From contig OY970178.1 of assembly GCA_963707915.1 (NCBI GenBank), forward strand, positions 2,336,001 to 2,400,000: 64,000 nucleotides of DNA, written 5' to 3'. The position numbers were made by a program, and so were the translations under genes. Below are positions 58,845 through 64,000 of the stretch, piece by piece. Source of the DNA: Candidatus Eiseniibacteriota bacterium (GTDB lineage: Bacteria > Eisenbacteria > RBG-16-71-46). Below the pieces are notes generated by a model. The model worked only from the letters and a program-made list of their open reading frames with translations. It ran no database searches and was not told the origin of the DNA. Position 1 is the first letter of the stretch. Every line of letters begins with the position of its first letter.

Positions 58845-60761
58845 CTACGGCCCCACCGCCCGACCGCCGGCCAGCGCCGCCTCCATGCGCTCGAGGAACG
58901 GCGCCGGCGGGAGGTAGCCGATCACGCGCAGGCCGCGCAGCTCGCCCCCGCCGGCCGCGAAGAACAGGATCTCCGGCACGCCGGTCACGCCGTAGCGCGC
59001 CCGCAGCGCCTGCGAGCCGGGCGAGTCGTAGCGGGTCAGGTCCACCTTGAACACCGCGAAGTCGCGCGAGCGCGCGATGACCTGGCGGTCCTTGAAGGTC
59101 GAGTGCTCGAGCTCGCGACAGGGCATGCACCAGTCGGCCGAGAACTCCAGGATCACCGGCCGGCCCCCGGCGGACGCGGCCTGCAGCGCCGCCGGGTCGA
59201 AGGGCTGGAAGCGGATGCCCTCGGCGAGGATCGGCCTGACGGCCACGATCCCCGCCAGCAGCGCGAGCACCCCCAGCGCCCGCTTGAAGACCCGGAAGCC
59301 GCGCTTCGCCGAACCGTGCCGGTCCACGAAGCCGAGGTAGAGGCCGCCCAGGACCAGCGCGACCGGCAGGATCCACGCGGCGAAGCGCGGGGCCAGCCCG
59401 ATGAGCGCGTAGTACAGGCCGATCGCGGCGAGCAGGACGCCGAAGACCTTCTTCACCCACAGCATCCAGTCGCCGGAGCGGGGCAGGTCCTGGATGAGGT
59501 TCGAGAACAGCGCCAGGAACAGGTAGGGCAGCCCCAGGCCCAGCGACATCGCGAACATGGTCTGGAAGCCGAACAGCGCGTCGCCCCGCTGCGCCAGCAA
59601 CGCCAGCACCGCGACCACGAAGGGGCCGACGCAGGGCGCGGCGATGATCCCGACCGCCAGGCCGGAGAGGAAGATGCCGAGCAGCGAGGTCGCGTCGGCC
59701 CCACCCAGGCGCCGGAGCACCCAGGCCGGCGGCTGCATCTCGTAGAGGCCGAACATGGACAGCGAGAGCACGATGAAGAGCAGGCCGAGCCCGACGTTCA
59801 CCAGCGGGTTCTGCAGCGCCGAGCCGAACAGGCCGCCGGTCAGCGCCGCCACCACGCCGAGCACCGAGTAGGTGACGGCGATGCCCAGCACGTAGGCGAC
59901 CGCGTGGGCGAGCACCTTCACCGGCCGTTCGCGGCGGCGCGCGCCGAAGACCGAGACCGTGATGCCGAGCATCGGGAACACGCACGGCGTGAGGTTGAGC
60001 GCCAGGCCACCGAGGAAGAGCGCGAGGAACCACCACAGGCCGCCCTTCTCGAGCGCGCCCATCAGCCGGCGGCCGGCCTCCGACTGCGCGCCGGCGGCGG
60101 CCGCGTCGCCGGGCGCGGGCGTTCCCGCCCGCACCGTGCCGGGCGCGGCGCCGGCGGCGGCCCCACCCGTGTCGGTGACGGTCGACCCGGTCGCGGGCGG
60201 CCGGGCCGCGCCCGCGAGGGCGCCTCCGTCGACCCGGACCTCGAGCGTGAACGGCACGTTCGCGGGGGCGAGACAGACCTCGTCGTTGCACGACTGGAAC
60301 CGCACGCTGCCCGCCAGCCGGTGCGTGCCGTTCGCCGCGTCCGGCGCGGCCGCCACCGCCACCCTCAGCGTCACCCGGCCGCTGTACACCGAGAGCGGGT
60401 TCTCGTCGAAGGCGAGCTTCACGGGCGCGCCGGCCGGATAGGTCGTCCGGCCCGCCGTCACGCCCCCCGCGCCGCTCAGCGTCACCGTGGTCGGGATGAG
60501 GTAGTCGGGCGACGGCGGGTTGGCGTTGACGTGCCACCCCGCGGCGATGTCGAGCGTGACGACGGCCTCGGCCCGCGCGCCCGCGGTGAGCGCGAGCGGG
60601 GCCGCGGTCGCCTTCACCAGCGTCGCCGCCCGGGGCGGAGCGCCGCCGGCCCCCTCCTGTGCGGCGGTGCCCGCGACCAGCGCCGCAAGCAGCGCCAGCG
60701 CGAGCAGGGGCGCGATCGTCATCCGTCTCGTCCGGCGGCCCAGCGGTTCCATCGGCCTCAT
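58845..60761 (-). CDS. dsbD: DsbD-family protein-disulfide reductase
   Basis: Alpha domain GWHVN..QSCNDEVC; TM domain NLTPCVFP and AAPCVGP; thioredoxin domain ADWCMPC. Confidence 0.9.
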   Translation of the reverse strand: MRPMEPLGRRTRRMTIAPLLALALLAALVAGTAAQEGAGGAPPRAATLVKATAAPLALTAGARAEAVVTLDIAAGWHVNANPPSPDYLIPTTVTLSGAGGVTAGRTTYPAGAPVKLAFDENPLSVYSGRVTLRVAVAAAPDAANGTHRLAGSVRFQSCNDEVCLAPANVPFTLEVRVDGGALAGAARPPATGSTVTDTGGAAAGAAPGTVRAGTPAPGDAAAAGAQSEAGRRLMGALEKGGLWWFLALFLGGLALNLTPCVFPMLGITVSVFGARRRERPVKVLAHAVAYVLGIAVTYSVLGVVAALTGGLFGSALQNPLVNVGLGLLFIVLSLSMFGLYEMQPPAWVLRRLGGADATSLLGIFLSGLAVGIIAAPCVGPFVVAVLALLAQRGDALFGFQTMFAMSLGLGLPYLFLALFSNLIQDLPRSGDWMLWVKKVFGVLLAAIGLYYALIGLAPRFAAWILPVALVLGGLYLGFVDRHGSAKRGFRVFKRALGVLALLAGIVAVRPILAEGIRFQPFDPAALQAASAGGRPVILEFSADWCMPCRELEHSTFKDRQVIARSRDFAVFKVDLTRYDSPGSQALRARYGVTGVPEILFFAAGGGELRGLRVIGYLPPAPFLERMEAALAGGRAVGP

Positions 60762-60780
60762 CGTCCCTCCACCCTCGGGT

Positions 60781-62928
60781 CTACGCATCCTCGTCCAGCA
60801 GCGCGCCGAGCTCCCGCGCGTCCGTCACCGGCAAGCGGCAGGCGTGGTCCACGCACACGTAGGCCGCCGGCCGCCCCGCCTGCGGGGTGAGAGCCGCGGC
60901 GAACGGCGCGAGATCCGCGAGCCCGCGGCTGCGTTCCGCTCCGTCCGCCACCAGCAGCAGGTCCCGCGGCAGGAAGCGGCGTTCGAACTCGCGGACCAGC
61001 GCGCGCGTGCCGTCGGCTGCCGGGTCGCCGGCCACGACCACGTGCCGGAGCGGCCCGGCGGCCAGGTCCATGGCGACCAGCATCCGCGGCATGGCCCAGG
61101 CGTTGCCCGCCAGCCGCGCACGATAGTACCCGAACGCGCGCCCGGCCCGGTCGAGCCAGTCGCGGCGCCCGAGCAGGGCGCCCAGCGCCTGCACGGCGTG
61201 GACCGCGAGCGAGTTGCCCGCGATCTCGGCGCCGTCGAAGCCGTCCTTCATGCGCACGCGGATGGACGGGTCGCCCGGGGGGCTCTCGAAGAAGCCGCCC
61301 CGCGCGGTGTCCTCGAAACGCTCGATCATCGCCCCGGTCACCGCGGCCGCGCGCCCGAGCCACAGCGGGTCGTGCGTGGCCTGGTAGAGGTCCAGGCAGC
61401 CGTTCGCGTAGGCGGCGTGGTCCGCGAGCTGCCCCGCGCCGGCGGCCTCTCCGTCGCACCAGCGGCGCAGCAGCGTCCCGTCGCGCGCGTCGCGCAGGGC
61501 CGTCCAGACGAATTCCGCGGCGCGCGCCGCGCGCGCCGCGAGGGCGGGATCGTCGAGCACCCGCGCGCCGCGCGCGAAGGCCGAGATCATCAGCCCGTTC
61601 CACGCGGTCAGCAGCTTGCCGTCCCGGTGCGGCCGGACCCGGCGCCCGCGCGCCTCGAGCAGCCGCGCGCGCGCGCCGGCCAGCCGGCGCTCGACCTCGG
61701 CCCGCGGCGCGCCGAAGCGCTGCGCGGCCTCGTCGATCGTGTGCGCCAGGTGCAGCACGCTGCGGCCCCCCGCGAAGTTCCCCCGCGGCGTGACGCCGTG
61801 GACGAAGTCGAAGAGCGGCGCGTCGGCCGCGCCCAGCACGGCGGCGGTCTCCGCCGGGGTCCAGACGTAGAAGCGCCCCTCCTCGCCCTCGCTGTCGGCG
61901 TCTTCGGCCGTGGCGAACGCCCCTTCGGGCGAGGCCAGGTCGCGCGCCACGTAGTCGAGGATCCCGCGCGCGGTCACGGCGTACTCCGGCCGGCCGGTGG
62001 CCTGGTGCGCATCGAGGTGGATCCAGGCCAGCTGCGCCTGGTCGTAGAGCATCTTCTCGAAGTGCGGCACGAGCCAGCCGGCGTCGGTCGAGTAGCGGTG
62101 GAAACCGCCGCCCAGCTGGTCGTGGATGCCACCCGCGCCCATCCCGTCGAGCTGGCGCACGACCTGCGCGAGCGCGCTGCCGCGGGACCGGCGATCGCGC
62201 GACCAGTAGCGCAGCAGGAAGTCGAGGTTCGCGACCGAGGGGAACTTGGGCGCCGAGCCGTAGCCGCCCGCGGCCGGGTCGTGGACCTGTTCGAGGTGCT
62301 CGAAGGCCTCCGCGCTCAGCTCCGCGCTCCCGCCGCCCGCCCGCGCCGGCACCCGCGCGGCGAGCCCCGCGAGCAGGGCCAGCACGCGGCCGCCGCTCTC
62401 CTCGATGCCCGCGCGCTGCGCGGTCCAGTCCTCGTGGACGATCTCGAGCACGTCCCGGAAGCCGGGCCGGCCGAAGTGCTCCTCGGGCGGGAAGTAGGTC
62501 CCGCCGTCGAACGGCTCGAGCGCCGGGGTGAGGAACAGGTTGAGCGGCCAGCCGCCGCCGAGCCCCATGGCCTGCGCCGCAGTCAGGTAGAGCCGGTCCA
62601 CGTCGGGCCGCTCCTCGCGGTCCACCTTGATCGCGACGAAGTGCGCGTTCAGCAGCCCGGCGACCGCCTCGTCCTCGAAGGACTCGCGCTCCATGACGTG
62701 GCACCAGTGGCAGGTCGAATAGCCGATCGACAGGAAGATGGGCAGGCCCCCGGCCCGGGCCCGGGCGAACGCCTCCTCGCCCCACGGGAACCAGTCCACC
62801 GGGTTGTAGGCGTGCTGGAGCAGGTAGGGGCTCTTCTCGCGGATCAGCCGGTTGGGCCGGCGCGCGGGGCCCGCGGGGTCCGCGGGCGGGGTCGGGACGT
62901 GCCGGGGCGGCAGGTCGGGCTCGGTCAT
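60781..62928 (-). CDS. YyaL/SPATA20-like thioredoxin plus six-hairpin-fold protein
   Basis: [78 protein letters not shown]. Confidence 0.95.
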   Translation of the reverse strand: MTEPDLPPRHVPTPPADPAGPARRPNRLIREKSPYLLQHAYNPVDWFPWGEEAFARARAGGLPIFLSIGYSTCHWCHVMERESFEDEAVAGLLNAHFVAIKVDREERPDVDRLYLTAAQAMGLGGGWPLNLFLTPALEPFDGGTYFPPEEHFGRPGFRDVLEIVHEDWTAQRAGIEESGGRVLALLAGLAARVPARAGGGSAELSAEAFEHLEQVHDPAAGGYGSAPKFPSVANLDFLLRYWSRDRRSRGSALAQVVRQLDGMGAGGIHDQLGGGFHRYSTDAGWLVPHFEKMLYDQAQLAWIHLDAHQATGRPEYAVTARGILDYVARDLASPEGAFATAEDADSEGEEGRFYVWTPAETAAVLGAADAPLFDFVHGVTPRGNFAGGRSVLHLAHTIDEAAQRFGAPRAEVERRLAGARARLLEARGRRVRPHRDGKLLTAWNGLMISAFARGARVLDDPALAARAARAAEFVWTALRDARDGTLLRRWCDGEAAGAGQLADHAAYANGCLDLYQATHDPLWLGRAAAVTGAMIERFEDTARGGFFESPPGDPSIRVRMKDGFDGAEIAGNSLAVHAVQALGALLGRRDWLDRAGRAFGYYRARLAGNAWAMPRMLVAMDLAAGPLRHVVVAGDPAADGTRALVREFERRFLPRDLLLVADGAERSRGLADLAPFAAALTPQAGRPAAYVCVDHACRLPVTDARELGALLDEDA

Positions 62929-62999
62929 GACGCCCCGAGCCTATCAGACGCGGGCCCTCCGCCTGTCAGCGGCGTGTCAGCCCGTGCCCGGCGGCCGCG

Positions 63000-63557
63000 T
63001 CAGCGCCGCCCGGCCCGACACGCCTGCGGGTCGCCGCTCCAGTGGTAGACCGCGAGCCCCGCCCACCAGGCGAAGGGCAGCCCCGCCAGGACCAGGCCCG
63101 CGAACACGAACGGGTCCGAGAAGACGGCGAGGTCGAGCGCGAAGGAGGGCGCGGACAGCTGGTGCACGAGTGCCGCCACGGCCGGGCTCGCCAGGGCCTG
63201 GAACGCGGCGGCCGCGAAGCGCGCGAGCGCCGGGTACTGCCACAGCACGAGCGCGCCGAGCGCCAGCGAGAGCGCGGTGACCGGCTCGGCCGCCGCGCGC
63301 ACCCACCAGGGCAGCACCTCCGGCTCGAGCCCGGCGATGAGCCGCGCCGCGCGGGCGTGCGCCACCCGCTCCATCACGCGGTCCGCGAAGCCCCCGGGCG
63401 CGGCGACCGCGGACCGCGCGAGCGCCGCGTCGAGGGCACGCGCGGCCGCCAGCGCCGCGCCGCAACGCGCGCACGACGCCGCGTGCGCGGCGGCCTCGGC
63501 GTCCGCCGCCGCCCACGATCCCGCGTCCAGCCGGCGTTCGAAACCTGCGCAGTCCAT
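63000..63557 (-). CDS. Zinc-binding (ZAS/zf-HC2) membrane anti-sigma factor
   Basis: MDC...HAASCARC (HxxxCxxC), APGGFADRVM, then two TM helices; ATG overlaps the sigma stop. Confidence 0.8.
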   Translation of the reverse strand: MDCAGFERRLDAGSWAAADAEAAAHAASCARCGAALAAARALDAALARSAVAAPGGFADRVMERVAHARAARLIAGLEPEVLPWWVRAAAEPVTALSLALGALVLWQYPALARFAAAAFQALASPAVAALVHQLSAPSFALDLAVFSDPFVFAGLVLAGLPFAWWAGLAVYHWSGDPQACRAGRR

Positions 63558-64000
63558 CACGGTCCTTCCTTCAGCCAGGCCGCCCGCAGCGTCGCGCGCG
63601 CGCGCGCCAGGTGCGTCTTCACCGTGTTCTCCGGCATCCCCAGGATCGCGGCCGCCTGCTCCACCGACCGGTCCTCGTAATAGTACAGCGTCACCGCCAT
63701 CCGCTGCGCCGCGGGCAGCCTCATCACCATCCGCTCGAGGCGCCGGCCCCGGGTCGCCGCCTCGAAGTCGCCCGGAGCCGCGGCCGGCGCGCCGGGCAGC
63801 GGGTCCGGCAGGTGGTCCGCCTCCTCCACCTCCACCTCGCGCCCGCGCCGCGCCTTCAGCCCGCTCAGCCGGTCGAGGGCCCGCCGCGCCACGATGCGAT
63901 GCAGCCAGGTCGCGAAGCTCGAATCGCCCCGGAAGCGCGCGAGCGCGAGCCACGCGCGCACGAACGCGTCCTGCGCCACTTCCTCCGCGTCCGCGGGCGA
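63557..64000 (-). CDS. ECF sigma-70 factor, 5' end outside the window
   Basis: DAEEVAQDAFVRAW, FRGDSSFATWLHRI, LPAAQRMAVTLYY, GMPENTVKTHLARAR. Confidence 0.93.
   Translation of the reverse strand, partial: SPADAEEVAQDAFVRAWLALARFRGDSSFATWLHRIVARRALDRLSGLKARRGREVEVEEADHLPDPLPGAPAAAPGDFEAATRGRRLERMVMRLPAAQRMAVTLYYYEDRSVEQAAAILGMPENTVKTHLARARATLRAAWLKEGP

Overview
A 64 kb stretch of very GC-rich bacterial chromosome. It looks like a diderm (TolC, beta-barrel outer-membrane proteins, Tat and Sec exported proteins); no taxon can be assigned from this window alone. About 50 credible CDS tile the window, and most of the long ORFs in the supplied track are GC-driven shadow frames. No rRNA, tRNA, CRISPR array, integrase or transposase was seen. 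The content is dominated by envelope proteolysis (tricorn S41, M61-PDZ, an ABC-permease/M1-peptidase fusion, a retropepsin-PDZ protein), TldD/PmbA, signalling (two histidine kinases, a HEAT plus HD-GYP pair, a Ser/Thr kinase-TPR, an ECF sigma with zinc anti-sigma), cysK-cysE, a photolyase, an RlmN-like radical SAM enzyme, glycosyltransferases, an EmrAB-TolC-type pump and an iron/B12-type ABC importer. The most interesting signals are: (1) an FhlA-like regulator lacking the AAA+ domain but carrying a 4-Cys GAF motif, next to an FhlA-like palindromic operator; (2) a HEAT and HD-GYP gene pair sharing an unnamed N-terminal domain, with a sigma28-like promoter motif also found before a hybrid kinase; (3) an EmrAB-TolC pump split around tldD-pmbA; (4) an orphan sigma54-type promoter that probably drives a ~70-nt sRNA; (5) a small Tat-signal protein coupled to a signal-less amidase; (6) a degenerate ApbE; (7) a nested inverted-repeat element at 52.5-52.7 kb; (8) a Cys/Pro-rich small ORF behind the Ser/Thr kinase. 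All functional statements come from motifs read by eye; no searches were run.
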